Positions 1 to 10,500 of a stretch of DNA of 64,000 nt are shown here, piece by piece (the stretch's first letter is position 1; every line of letters starts with the position of its first letter). The DNA is from a bacterium. Lineage in GTDB: Archaea > Thermoplasmatota > E2 > JACPAO01 > JAHFTW01. The stretch lies in contig JAZJZE010000005.1 of NCBI GenBank assembly GCA_040390065.1, positions 160,001 through 224,000 on the forward strand, read 5' to 3'. A model generated the notes under the pieces. The model was not told where the DNA came from and made no database searches. It was given only the letters and a program-made list of their open reading frames with translations. The position numbers and the translations under genes were made by a program.

Positions 1-2
1 TG

Positions 3-1028
3 ATAGGCGTGGCTGGTCTCGATCGGGAGGCTCACCAGGGACTCGACGCCGCCGAGGCTTGCCGCGGGAGCGATGACCTTGACCTTGCGGCGGAAGCGCT
101 GCGCGGCCTTGAGGGTCCCGAGGTCCAGCGTCACGACGCCGCCGCAGCCGTCGGGCAGCACGCGCTTCGTCGTCGCCCGGTCGGGGTGGTCGGACAGGCC
201 AGGATAGTGGACGGCGCGTACGCCGGGCATCTCGCCTGCCGCTTCGGCGAGGGCTTGGGCGTTGTCGCAGTGGCGCCGCATCCGCAGCGCAAGGGTCTTC
301 ATGCCGCGCCCCAGGAGGTACGCGGCATGCGGGTCGAGGCTCGGGCCCCAGTTGCGTCGGACTCGCCACAGGGCGTCGCGGACCCCGGCCTTCTTGCGCC
401 ATGAAAGGGCGCCGGCGATGAGGTCGCTGTGGCCGCCGAGGTACTTCGTCGCACTCTGCATGACGAGGTCGGCGCCCAGTTCCAGGGGGCGCTGCAGGAT
501 GGGGCTTGCGAAGGTCGCATCCACGCACAGGCGGGCTCCGGCTTCGTGGGCGGCGGCGGCCCATTCGGGGACGTGGGCGACGCGCAGGAGCGGATTCGTG
601 ATGGATTCCATCCAGACGAGCTTCGTGCCCCGGGGGACTTTCGGTGTCGCGGCCTCGGGCAGCATGTGCATGCGGATGCCGAAGCGGTCGAGCTCCTCGC
701 GCAGGAACGCGGTGGTCCCGCCGTAGATGCCCTGCTGCACCGCAATCGTGTCGCCTGCCTGCAGGAGTCCGGTGCATGCCGTCATGATGGCGCCCATGCC
801 GGAACTGAACAACAGCGACCCTTCGGCGCCCTCGAGGGCTGCGAGCTTGGCCTCCACGGCGTCGACGCTCGGGTTCGTGTAGCGGCTGTAGATGTACTGC
901 GACTTGCCGCCGTCGGGAAGTTCCGGGTACCAGAACGTGCTCGACATGTGGACGGGCACGTTGACGGCGCCGGTGCGGGGATCGGGGACTTCGCCCGCGT
1001 GGACGGCGTTGGTGGAGGGGCCTGGCAC
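3..1028 (-). CDS. PLP-dependent trans-sulfuration enzyme (cystathionine gamma-synthase/lyase, methionine gamma-lyase family), 3' end off the window edge
   Basis: Not in the ORF track. Manual minus-strand translation from GTG 1028 gives VPGPSTNAVHAGEVPDPRTGAVNVPVHMSSTF...YIYSRYTNP. The track's plus-strand ORFs here are its antisense shadows. Confidence 0.88.
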   Translation of the reverse strand, partial: MPGPSTNAVHAGEVPDPRTGAVNVPVHMSSTFWYPELPDGGKSQYIYSRYTNPSVDAVEAKLAALEGAEGSLLFSSGMGAIMTACTGLLQAGDTIAVQQGIYGGTTAFLREELDRFGIRMHMLPEAATPKVPRGTKLVWMESITNPLLRVAHVPEWAAAAHEAGARLCVDATFASPILQRPLELGADLVMQSATKYLGGHSDLIAGALSWRKKAGVRDALWRVRRNWGPSLDPHAAYLLGRGMKTLALRMRRHCDNAQALAEAAGEMPGVRAVHYPGLSDHPDRATTKRVLPDGCGGVVTLDLGTLKAAQRFRRKVKVIAPAASLGGVESLVSLPIETSHAY

Positions 1029-1150
1029 GCAGAGCGAGACGGGTCGCCTTGGCTTAAGGAAATCTCAGGGCTGCGGTGGGGTGGGCAGGGTTGGTTTTGC
1101 CGAGGGAAAACGGGGATGACGCTTGGTGATGACTCCTCTGCGGCCATCTG

Positions 1151-2830
1151 TTACGCATTGCGATGGTTTGGGGCGCCTTCCCGGGAGCGCCGCTTGGTCG
1201 CCGCGAACAGCGTGCATACAAGGAATACGACCGGCAACGCCCCGGCGGCAGCCGTGTGGGGCGCAGCGGTAGATTCAGAGGGGTTTCCCCCAGCGATTGA
1301 GACGATGTGACCGTCTGTGCCGCCGGCGCTTCCCACGACGCTGGCTTCGCCGCCTGCCCCCCCGTTGACGCCGGCACCACCCGCGCCCCCCTTGGCATTC
1401 ACCCTAGCGGTGTCGGGTGATGGTGCGGGGCCACCCCGGGCCGGGCCGTCGCCCCCATCGCCGGCCTTCCCTCCGTACGCACGGGCGGTGCCACCTTGTC
1501 CACCAAAGGGCTCCACGCTGGCATACGGCTCAAAAGATCCACCCTGCCCCCCGACGGCGGTGGCCCAGCCGGGTGCTCCACCTAGCCCGCCGCGGCCGCC
1601 GGCAATGCGCGCGTCGCCGCCCCTTCCTCCCGCGCCGCCGCGGGCCGTGGCATTTCCTCCGGTTCCGCCGGTTCGCCCGCCACTGCCTCCGTATCCGCCT
1701 TGCGCGTTTGCCGCGCCGCCGGAGCCGCCATCGGCTGCCGTCGGCATCTCGTCATTGCTTGTGAACCGGTACGTCCTATTCTCGATGACGCCGCCGGGCC
1801 CTCCGGCCCCGGCTTCCGCGATTGCATCACCTCCAATTCCCCCCTGGTCGCCGCCGAGACCACCGTTGCCGCCAGTTGCCTGGGCTCCACCGCCCTGGGC
1901 GCCGTATGGATTCTGGTCTAGCCTCTCGACGTGGCCTCCCGGGCCGCCGCGTCCCCCACGGGCGTAGGCGCAACCTCCCTTGCCTCCAGTCAAGGCACCC
2001 TCGCCACCCATCCCACCTTGGGCCTGGGCAATCCATCCCGAGATGCCATGGTGAGAAGCGCTTGTGCCTCCATCGTGGGTCGTCGCATTGGCGTCCTGGC
2101 CGTTCGGGCTGGTGGTCGTGCCGTCGGCGCCGCGGGCAAAGGTCGTGTTTCCATCGCCAGCATCAACGCCCTCTGCGGCCGCGACGGTGCCACAACCGCC
2201 GCTTCCGGCCTTGCCTCCCTTGACAACGACCCCGTGGTCCCGCACGTGACCGTGCAAGTGAAGCATTCCTGACCGGCCGCCGTCGCCTCCGCGCGCGACA
2301 GCGCTAAGGCATCCTGGGAACGCAAAAATGGTTTGCCCCTGGCCATCCTGACCATCGCCAAGCACAATAGTTCCGCTCAACACGATTTGCGGTGAGAAGA
2401 TGTCGATGTCACCCGCCGCCATGCCATCTCGGCCAAGGGCCGCAACGGAACTCCGAGTCTGGCACTCGGTCCGACCGGCGGCCATGGCGGCCCCCGGGCC
2501 AGACGATTGCAGGACCGCGCGGCGCGTCATCGTGAAGGCGGGGGCGTGAATCTCCATGCCTCGCGGGCCTGTCCCACATGAGGGGGCCAGTAGGCCGTCG
2601 AGCGTCAAAGGCTCCTCCGACCACATTACGAATGTGTTCCCCTGGCATTGCTCTCCTGCGGATCTCGCGTCCGCAACGGGCGTTCCCGAACCCACTGGCG
2701 TTAGGCTAAGCAGGACTATCGCCGCTGCCATGACGTGCGTCGCCATTGCCCAGCGCCGCCGCGAAGCCTGCGCGGACACAGCAGCCAAACGCCCAGTGTA
2801 CGAGACCGATGTATTATTCGGCATCATCAT
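1151..2830 (-). CDS. Glycine-rich (GGxGG) secreted/surface protein with C-terminal membrane anchor; start uncertain (2830 or 2746)
   Basis: Hydrophobic signal-like segment VMAAAIVLLSL, many GGxGGxG repeats, C-terminal ALPVVFLVCTLFAATKRR (TM plus basic tail). Confidence 0.75.
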   Translation of the reverse strand: MMMPNNTSVSYTGRLAAVSAQASRRRWAMATHVMAAAIVLLSLTPVGSGTPVADARSAGEQCQGNTFVMWSEEPLTLDGLLAPSCGTGPRGMEIHAPAFTMTRRAVLQSSGPGAAMAAGRTECQTRSSVAALGRDGMAAGDIDIFSPQIVLSGTIVLGDGQDGQGQTIFAFPGCLSAVARGGDGGRSGMLHLHGHVRDHGVVVKGGKAGSGGCGTVAAAEGVDAGDGNTTFARGADGTTTSPNGQDANATTHDGGTSASHHGISGWIAQAQGGMGGEGALTGGKGGCAYARGGRGGPGGHVERLDQNPYGAQGGGAQATGGNGGLGGDQGGIGGDAIAEAGAGGPGGVIENRTYRFTSNDEMPTAADGGSGGAANAQGGYGGSGGRTGGTGGNATARGGAGGRGGDARIAGGRGGLGGAPGWATAVGGQGGSFEPYASVEPFGGQGGTARAYGGKAGDGGDGPARGGPAPSPDTARVNAKGGAGGAGVNGGAGGEASVVGSAGGTDGHIVSIAGGNPSESTAAPHTAAAGALPVVFLVCTLFAATKRRSREGAPNHRNA

Positions 2831-5351
2831 ATTCCGTCCATTGGCCAGGATTGCCCGGCGGCTGTTGTTGGGGATCCGGCGCCTCCCCGGCTGTAGCGCC
2901 GCCGGGGTTGGCCGAACAGTTCGACGCGATACCTGGTTGGCCCCCGGTTGGCACCGCATCGCCGGCCCTGCCCGGCCAGCCGTTCGTGCCGGCGGCTCCC
3001 GGGTCGCCATGGTCGTCGGCTGTGTCAGGCTCGCCATTGCGGGTACCTTTTCCTCCCGTTCCCCCCTGGCCGCCGTAGCCGGCGCGCCCCTTGTTTGCAG
3101 TTGCATGCCCGCCGTCACCTGGACACGATAGGAGCGAGTCGCCACCCTTACCGCCCTCAGAGGTGGCCAATTGGCCGTTGCCGCCGTGTCCTCCCGGGCC
3201 TCCCTTGCCCCCGTGGCCCCACTCGTCCATTGGGTCGCACGGTGCCCCGGCACCGTAGCATTGGCCGTTGTCACCGTCGTAGAGCGCCCCATTGCCGCCA
3301 GTCTGACCGATCGCGCCGTTTCCGCCCCGGCCGCCGGTGGCGTTTGCAGAGCCGCCTGCCCCTCCCTTTTGCAGGGAGTTGCCGCCGTCTCCGCCCTGCG
3401 CGTCAGCCGCTCCGGTGGCGTTTAGGCCATTTTCGTACTCGGAATGTGCCGCGTCGAAGCCATGGATTGTGGCGGGGGAATACTCTGTGCCATTGGTGGC
3501 TTGTTTGGGATTTCGGAAGCCATCCGGGCCTTGTGACGTTCCGTGCTGCTGCCCGCCCGGGTCGGTCTGGCCGCTGGCGATGCAGACGGTCGGGTCGGGT
3601 GCATTTATTGTGCATTCGAACAGGATTTCAACGGTCGCGGGACAGTCCTTGGCGACCGGCTCGCAGCCGGGGGACGTCTTGGCGTCGCCGCCCTTGCCGC
3701 CATTTCCGTTCGAAATCAGGAGTCCCGCATTCGTCAGGATTGGGCTGCCCGCGGCGTTCGTGATGAATCCCGATGCGCCGCCGCTCCCACCTCGCGACGT
3801 GGGGAACGAAACGAGGACGGAGAAGAAGTTCATGGCGGCGCCGCCGTGGCCGCCGTTGCCGATGTCGAATCTGGCAGCATGAGGGGAGAGGGAGATGGAT
3901 GTCAACACGACACTGCCCCCATGGCCACCCGAACCGCCGGCGGCACTGGATGCACCGGATTCAGCTTCTGAGCCTCCGGCGCCTCCGCTGCCCGTCGTGA
4001 GGCTGCCGCCCAATGAAAGAGTGGGCGCGGCAATCTTGATTGGTGCACCGTTTCCGGCGGTCGACGGCGATACGGGGCCCATGGGCACACCAGAGCGCAG
4101 GACGGAGCCTGCATCGCCCCCGGACCCACTGGAGATGGCGCCAGCACTGGTGACCAGCTGGCCAGCCAAACTGACGGCTCCAGCGTCGCCGCCCCCGGCC
4201 GAGTGGAATGTTGGCGGCGACATCGCAGGGACAAGCTCCGCGACCAGGTTTCCTCCACGACCGCCAGCCCCTGAAACAAGGGCGCCCGTGTTGGTCAATG
4301 AGCTTGCCGTGGCGGCCAAGGCGCCGCCCAACCCTCCTGACCCAGCGGAAAGCACAGTTGCTGGCAGGCTTGGATTCGTGGTGCTGAAGTCGACCATCAG
4401 GCTTCCGCCGTTGCCCCCCTGCCCGGCCACAATCGAGCCGGCGAGAGACATGGCCGGCGCAGACATGACAATCGGCCCGCCGGCTCCGCCAACCCCGCTG
4501 ATTAGAGGCAGGGTTGGCAGAGGTGGATTGTTACCAACTGGGCCGATTTCTTGGTAGCATGGAAAAGCTCCTTGCAATGGGCCCGGCAGCGGCAAGGGAC
4601 TAAGAGAAGTAATGTTCCCGACAATGAGGCACGGGGTGGTGGCATTTGCAGCAGACCCGTCGGGCCCAAACCATGCCCTGCCGGCCAAGACGCCCGGCAC
4701 TCCCGCCCAGGCGCCGCCGGCGGCCTGAATCTCGTACCGGACGTCTGTGCCCGGGCTGCCCTTGCCTGTGGCAATGCAGCTGCCGACATCCGCCGTTACC
4801 GTCGTGGCCTTGAGGGTAATGGGGCCACCAGCTGCGGACTGTGCAAGCGTCGCATCAATGGACGCCCAAGCCAAGGCTTGGGGCGTTTGATCCTGGTGTA
4901 CCAATACCCGGATGGACATGCGGCCGGACGGCGTGGCAATCGTCCCGGTGGACGTGACGTGAATGCTTGGAGCAATGATCGAGATGGGGCCACCGTCTCG
5001 GTTCCCGGACGTAGCCGTCGGGGGCACCGTAATCAACAAGCCATCAATGGTCAACGGCACCGACGAGACCACAGTGAGACCACCGCGAGCGAAACCTTGG
5101 AAGTGATCGGGCGACGGGAGCAGGGCAGATCCCAAGGAAGCAGGATAGGTGACCACGCTTGGCAACTCAGTGAGACTTGCCGTCGACGCCCCGTCCGAAG
5201 GACCGCAGGTCCCGGCCGTGGCCGAAACAATCGGCGCCTGCACGACGACTAGGGCGCCGATAACGAAGATTCCAGCCAGGGCCACAGCATTCCTTTTCCC
5301 TCTGCGAACGGGCCTTGATTGATTGATTGATGGGGGACTCTTGACCTGCAT
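2814..5351 (-). CDS. Glycine-rich (GGxGG) secreted protein, paralog of the downstream gene
   Basis: 845 aa; basic n-region plus hydrophobic signal (RRGKRNAVALAGIFVIGALVVV); repeated GxGGxGG; shares a PLT[IL]DGLL...IxAP N-terminal motif with its neighbour. Confidence 0.8.
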   Translation of the reverse strand: MQVKSPPSINQSRPVRRGKRNAVALAGIFVIGALVVVQAPIVSATAGTCGPSDGASTASLTELPSVVTYPASLGSALLPSPDHFQGFARGGLTVVSSVPLTIDGLLITVPPTATSGNRDGGPISIIAPSIHVTSTGTIATPSGRMSIRVLVHQDQTPQALAWASIDATLAQSAAGGPITLKATTVTADVGSCIATGKGSPGTDVRYEIQAAGGAWAGVPGVLAGRAWFGPDGSAANATTPCLIVGNITSLSPLPLPGPLQGAFPCYQEIGPVGNNPPLPTLPLISGVGGAGGPIVMSAPAMSLAGSIVAGQGGNGGSLMVDFSTTNPSLPATVLSAGSGGLGGALAATASSLTNTGALVSGAGGRGGNLVAELVPAMSPPTFHSAGGGDAGAVSLAGQLVTSAGAISSGSGGDAGSVLRSGVPMGPVSPSTAGNGAPIKIAAPTLSLGGSLTTGSGGAGGSEAESGASSAAGGSGGHGGSVVLTSISLSPHAARFDIGNGGHGGAAMNFFSVLVSFPTSRGGSGGASGFITNAAGSPILTNAGLLISNGNGGKGGDAKTSPGCEPVAKDCPATVEILFECTINAPDPTVCIASGQTDPGGQQHGTSQGPDGFRNPKQATNGTEYSPATIHGFDAAHSEYENGLNATGAADAQGGDGGNSLQKGGAGGSANATGGRGGNGAIGQTGGNGALYDGDNGQCYGAGAPCDPMDEWGHGGKGGPGGHGGNGQLATSEGGKGGDSLLSCPGDGGHATANKGRAGYGGQGGTGGKGTRNGEPDTADDHGDPGAAGTNGWPGRAGDAVPTGGQPGIASNCSANPGGATAGEAPDPQQQPPGNPGQWTEYDDAE

Positions 5352-5528
5352 GACAACCTACCCATCTGGAAGGAAGAACGCCTAGGCGATAAGGCCTGTC
5401 GTGCCACGTCGTTCGCGGCCGTTCAGGCCTCGGAAGCCGGAGCCGAGCATGGCGAGGCCGTTTCGTCGTTTCACTCACCCCCCGGCCTGACCTATAGCCC
5501 TCAAATGCCGTGGACAGCCTCCATGGAC

Positions 5529-6713
5529 ATGATGAGCCTGGTCGAATCGGAGTTGGGCGGGCCGACGGTCTTCCGGGACTTGTCGAAGCTCGACTTCGAC
5601 TACGTGCCCCCCGACCTGCCTGGCCGCGAGGCGTCCCTCAAGTGGCTCTCCGGCGTCTACCGCCCGATGACGATGGGCGCCCAACGCGAGCACGCTTTCC
5701 TCTGGGGCCCCGTCGGCACCGGCAAGACGGCGCTCGCCAAGCGCTTCGGCTACGACTTCAAGGCCGCGTTGTCGAAGCAAGGCCGCACCCTCGAGGTCGT
5801 GCACGTCAACTGCCGCAAGCGCAAGACCGCCGGCCTTGCCATGCTCGGCGTCCTCAACCACTTCGACGCGAACTATCCGGAACGCGGCTTCTCCGTCGGC
5901 GAGATGCTGCGCGATCTCCGGAAGCACCTGGAGCGCAAGCAGGCGCACCTGCTCGTCATCCTCGACGAAGTGGACGCTCTTCTGCGCAGCGACGGCTCCA
6001 ACCTTGTCTACGACTTGACGCGCTTCAACGACGAGTCCGGCCCGTCCTGGACCGGCGTCAGCCTCATCCTCGTCAGCCAGGAGAACGTCCTTGGCGGCCT
6101 CGATCCCGCCGCACTCTCCACCTTCAAGGCCACGAACGTCCACCACATCGAACCGTACGGTGTGGCGGAACTCGAGAAGATCGTGCAGCAGCGCGTCCAG
6201 CTCGCCTTCCAGTCCGGCGCCGTCGCCGAAGAGGTCGTGACGCTGGTCGCGGACATCGCATCGCAGGAAGGCAACGCCAGACTTGCCATCGAGATCCTGC
6301 AGAAGGCCGGCCAGAACGCCGACGACGAGCAGCGCAAGGAGGTCCTGGCCGAGGACGTGCGCACCGCTAAGGCCGACTCGTTCTCCTACATCACGACGAG
6401 CAAACTCTCGGCCCTGCCCCGCCACCCGCTGCTGGTCCTGCTCGCCATCGCGCGTCGCCTCCGCAAGGACGGCGCCTACGCCACGACAGGCTCCGTCGAG
6501 AAGGCCTACGCCCTCGTCTGCGAGGAGTTCAGCGAGGAGCCGCGCGCCCACACGCAGTTCTGGAAGTACCTCAACCAACTCAAGGACGGCGGCTTCATCC
6601 TCAGCCGGTTGTCCGGAAAAGGCCAGGCGGGCACGACGCAGCTTCTCTCCATCCCGGACGCCCCGGCGCATGCCGTCGAGGCAAAACTCCTGGAGCTTCT
6701 GCAGAAGCCCTAA
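5529..6713 (+). CDS. cdc6: ORC1/Cdc6 replication initiation protein
   Basis: LDFDYVPPDLPGRE N-terminus, Walker A GPVGTGKT, VNC, Walker B ILDEVD, sensor II GNARLAI, C-terminal wHTH. Start chosen at MMSLVE. Confidence 0.95.
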   Translation: MMSLVESELGGPTVFRDLSKLDFDYVPPDLPGREASLKWLSGVYRPMTMGAQREHAFLWGPVGTGKTALAKRFGYDFKAALSKQGRTLEVVHVNCRKRKTAGLAMLGVLNHFDANYPERGFSVGEMLRDLRKHLERKQAHLLVILDEVDALLRSDGSNLVYDLTRFNDESGPSWTGVSLILVSQENVLGGLDPAALSTFKATNVHHIEPYGVAELEKIVQQRVQLAFQSGAVAEEVVTLVADIASQEGNARLAIEILQKAGQNADDEQRKEVLAEDVRTAKADSFSYITTSKLSALPRHPLLVLLAIARRLRKDGAYATTGSVEKAYALVCEEFSEEPRAHTQFWKYLNQLKDGGFILSRLSGKGQAGTTQLLSIPDAPAHAVEAKLLELLQKP

Positions 6714-6772
6714 AAACCGCTCCCTTCCAGGTGGGCCGTTCCTTTTACAAACCTTTTCAGGGGGTGCACGAC

Positions 6773-7471
6773 ATGGTAGGAGCAATGCAGGAGCCGCCCA
6801 AGGAACGCCTCCAGGAACGCGAGGCGATGCTTGCCGAACTCGAGTCGGGCGGTTACCTCAACGATCCACGGCTCGAGGAGGCGATGCTGGCCGTGCCGCG
6901 GCACCTGTTCGTCCCAAAGGAACTGCGCGAGGCCGCGTACGAGGACCGGCCGCTGCCAATCGGCTTCGGCCAGACGGTCTCGGCGCCGCACATGGTCGCC
7001 ATGATGACCACGGCGCTGCAACTCGAAGAGGGGCAGCGCGTGCTCGAGGTCGGAACGGGTGTCGGCTACCATGCGGCCATCGTCAAAGCCATCGTCGGCG
7101 ATGCCGGCTCCGTCGATTCCGTCGAGTTCCTCCCCGAACTTGTCGAACTTGCGCGAAAGAACCTGAAGACCGCACACATCGCCGTGGACGTCCACGAGGG
7201 CGACGGCGCGGAAGGGTGGCCGACCAAGGCCCCATACGACGCCGTCTACGTGACGTGCGCCATCCCGGACATCCCAGACGCCATCGTCGACCAGCTCAAG
7301 GAAGGCGGCCATTTCATCGCCCCGATCGGCGTGACGCGCTGCCAACTTCTCGCCGGTCGCAAGGTCGATGGCGAACTCGACCTCGAGGACCTCGGGCCTT
7401 GCCTGTTCGTCAACGCACAGGGCGCGCTCGGCCAGTCGGAAGGCGACGGCGATGCGCCGTCGGCGGAATGA
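6773..7471 (+). CDS. pcm: Protein-L-isoaspartate O-methyltransferase
   Basis: VPRHLFVP, AYEDRPLPIGFGQTVSAPHMVA, VLEVGTGVGYHAA, GDGAEGWP..APYD, QLKEGG. Confidence 0.95.
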   Translation: MVGAMQEPPKERLQEREAMLAELESGGYLNDPRLEEAMLAVPRHLFVPKELREAAYEDRPLPIGFGQTVSAPHMVAMMTTALQLEEGQRVLEVGTGVGYHAAIVKAIVGDAGSVDSVEFLPELVELARKNLKTAHIAVDVHEGDGAEGWPTKAPYDAVYVTCAIPDIPDAIVDQLKEGGHFIAPIGVTRCQLLAGRKVDGELDLEDLGPCLFVNAQGALGQSEGDGDAPSAE

Positions 7472-7532
7472 CGGAACCCCTTCACTGACCCCGGGCGAAC
7501 AACGTTAAGCCCATCGGGGGCCTCGGCGCCGC

Positions 7533-10500
7533 GTGGCTGCCCTGCTGAACCTGTCCAACAGCCACCTCTTCTGGCAGGGACGGGAGCCGGAACCCATCGA
7601 GCCCCTGCACCGCCCGTCGTTCCTTGCATTTCCGCAGGACCCTCGCGAGCCCATCCACAAGGCCCACGCGCGGCTTGCCGGCCTCATCGCCGGAGCGCAG
7701 GGGCAAAGCAGCGAGGAGAACGCCCTTGCCAAGGCCCTGGAGGTCCGCGAGCCGGTGCGCTACAAGTCGTTCTGGAACCACGGCCAATCCCGCGAGGTCA
7801 TCCCCGTCGTCGCCAAGCGTAGCTACTGGGTCCCCGACATCTCCGACGAGCTGTTCTTCCGCCACGGCTTCTACACGATGGAGCACGACATCCCGTACAC
7901 GGAGCGCGCCGCCGCAGACCTGTCCGCGGAGAAGGGATGGTGGCTTCTCGACACGCAGGGCCATCCGAACAAGCTGAACGTCCTGACCTACGACATCGAG
8001 ACGACGCAGTACGGCAAGGGGCCGGCCATGACGGACCCGATGCAAGGCGAAGCGTCGGCCGTCACAGCGCCGGGCGGACGCACGCGGGGGGCGGCCGGGT
8101 CGGCCCCCTCGCTGCCCATCGACATCATCGGATACGCTGAATTCGACGTCGAGTATTCGGCGCAGAAAGACCTCGACACGGAGCAGTTCGACTTCCAGTT
8201 CCGCCACATCCCCGGCGACTGGGCGAAGCGGGAGGTGCACCAACTCGTCGCCCGCAACGTCGACGAGGAGATGGACAACCTGATGCAGTTCACGCAGCAT
8301 GCGGTCTCCAAGGACGTCATCGCAGGCCACAACATCCTGGGCTTCGACAACAAGCAGGTGCACGACCGGATCCTCGACCTGCTGGCCCGCGACCAGCGGC
8401 GCCAGACGATGTCGCCGCGCATGCGCGAGTGGTTCCAGCGCTACACGTCGGTGTTCTCGCGGCCCGACAAGTCGTTCCACTGGGGCGAACGCCAGGATAC
8501 GGCGGTGCTCCATCCCATCAGCCTGGACACGTTCCACGCGGCGCGCAAGTTCTACTTCTTCCACGACGACTTCACCCTCAAGGGTCTGGCGCCGTGGCTG
8601 GGCATCGACGTGCCCGACCGCGTCTACCTCGACCCGCATGAGATGGGCCTCGACCCCAAGACGCTCCTCTACAACAAACACGACATCCAGGAGCAGGTCG
8701 GCATCACGCAGATGCTCATCGCACAAGCCCTTCCGCTCTGCTTCACCGTCAACCTGCCGTTGGATGACCTGCTGACGGGTGGCAACACGAAGATGTGGGA
8801 CCACATGGCGTTCCTGCGGGCGCGACGCAACCGGAAGATGATGCCGGCCACGGCGCGGGCGCAAGGCATCGCGCGCAGCATCCAACGGTTCGTGTCGAAG
8901 CCGTTCCCGACGCGCGACGAGATTGCCGCCGCCGTGCGGGATTGGCCGCCGGAGGAACGCGCCGCCGCGGCGAACAAGGAATTCATCCGCGTCGCCAAGC
9001 AAGGCCCCGAGATGCCGTTCTGGTGCGAGCACCCGTCCGTCATCGTCAAAGCCGACGCGAGTGCAAGCGGCGACCCCGACGACCCAAACGGTTACGCCAT
9101 CCCCGGCGGCATGACACTGAAGCCGGATTCCGAACTGAAATCGCACTTCGTCCCGTGGTACCACGTCGTGGCCGCCGACGTCGGGGCGATGTACCCGACC
9201 ATCCTGAAAGCGCGCAATCTCACGGCGGACACGGTCGTGCCAGCCCGGAAGGGCGAGACGCCGGACGACTGGATCTGGCTGTTCGAGCTCGACGCCGACT
9301 TCATCGCGTCCGACAAGTACGTCGTCAAGAAGGCCGACCCGGCCGACACGCTCACGAAAGGCAAGGGTTGGCTCATCGGTGTCAAGCACAACCCGGAGCC
9401 CGGCATGGTGAACCTCGCCATGACGGGCATCCTGTCGACCATCCAGAAGGTGAAGACGAATCGTGCCCGGGCCAAGAAGGACAACCGCGGCAAGGACGAG
9501 ATCCGCATCCTCGACATGACGTACGCGAGCCTCAAGGCCGCACGCAATGCCGGCACGCACGGCATCCTCGTTGCCGTGAACGTCTCCTGCCGCCAGTTCA
9601 ACGTCTGGGGCGGCGCCAACATCACGACCATCGGCCAGCGCATCCTGCAGGAGTCGCTCGACGACTTCCAGGCCAAAGGGATGCGGGTCGTCTACGGCGA
9701 TACGGACGGCATCTACATCGGCTGCAGCAAGTCCGCCGGCAACTTGCCGCATTTCGCCGCCGCACTGGATGCCGACGTCGAGCCCGAGACGGACAAATGG
9801 ATCACCATGCCAGCGGACGCCTTGACCGCCATCGCGGCAGCGAACCGCAAGTGGCGCGACGCCCTCAACTACGAGGGCTTCGAGTTGGAAGCCGAAACGC
9901 ACGACGCCATGGTGTTCGTCGTGCACAAGAACTACCTCATCTTCGACACGGACCCCAAGGGTGGCGTGCGCCTCGAGACGAAAGGCAACAACTTCAAGGC
10001 GAGCGACAAGGCGCCGCTGACGCAACAGGTCCTGCGCGACATCATGGCCAAGGCCCTCAAGGACGTCGCGTCGTGGACGAAGGAGGAGGATGCCCGCGAG
10101 GCGATGAAGGTGGCAATCAAGAAGGCCACGAAGGAGGTCATGGCGTCGGTGCAGGTCGCGAAGACCGACTGGGCCGACTTGATCCTGCGGCAATCCGTCT
10201 CGCCCATCAAGTCCTACGAACCCAACCCGGACGGGACCCTGCGCAGTCAAGCGGTACGCACCGCGGCCCTCGAGGACCTTCTCGGCGAGGCCATCACGGC
10301 GACGCGCAAGTTCAAGTTCATCGTCTGCCGCGACCCGCTGCCGCTCTACAAGGAGAAGGAGCGCCAGGAGCGCAAGGTGCACGAACTCAAGCGCAGCGGC
10401 CACCAGCTCATCGTCAAGGAGCCGAAGAACCGCGGCCTCAAGCCTATCGAGTACATGTGGCCCGTGGAGAAGGTCACGCCGGGGCAGGTCGATTGGGCCT

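Noticed and set aside
1151-5351. Mycobacterial PE-PGRS genes or collagen
   Set aside because: No PE domain, Sec-type signals present, and repeats are GGx rather than strict Gly-X-Y.
5352-5528. Replication origin next to cdc6
   Set aside because: Short GC-rich gap without an AT-rich unwinding element or multiple full ORBs; only a weak motif is reported.
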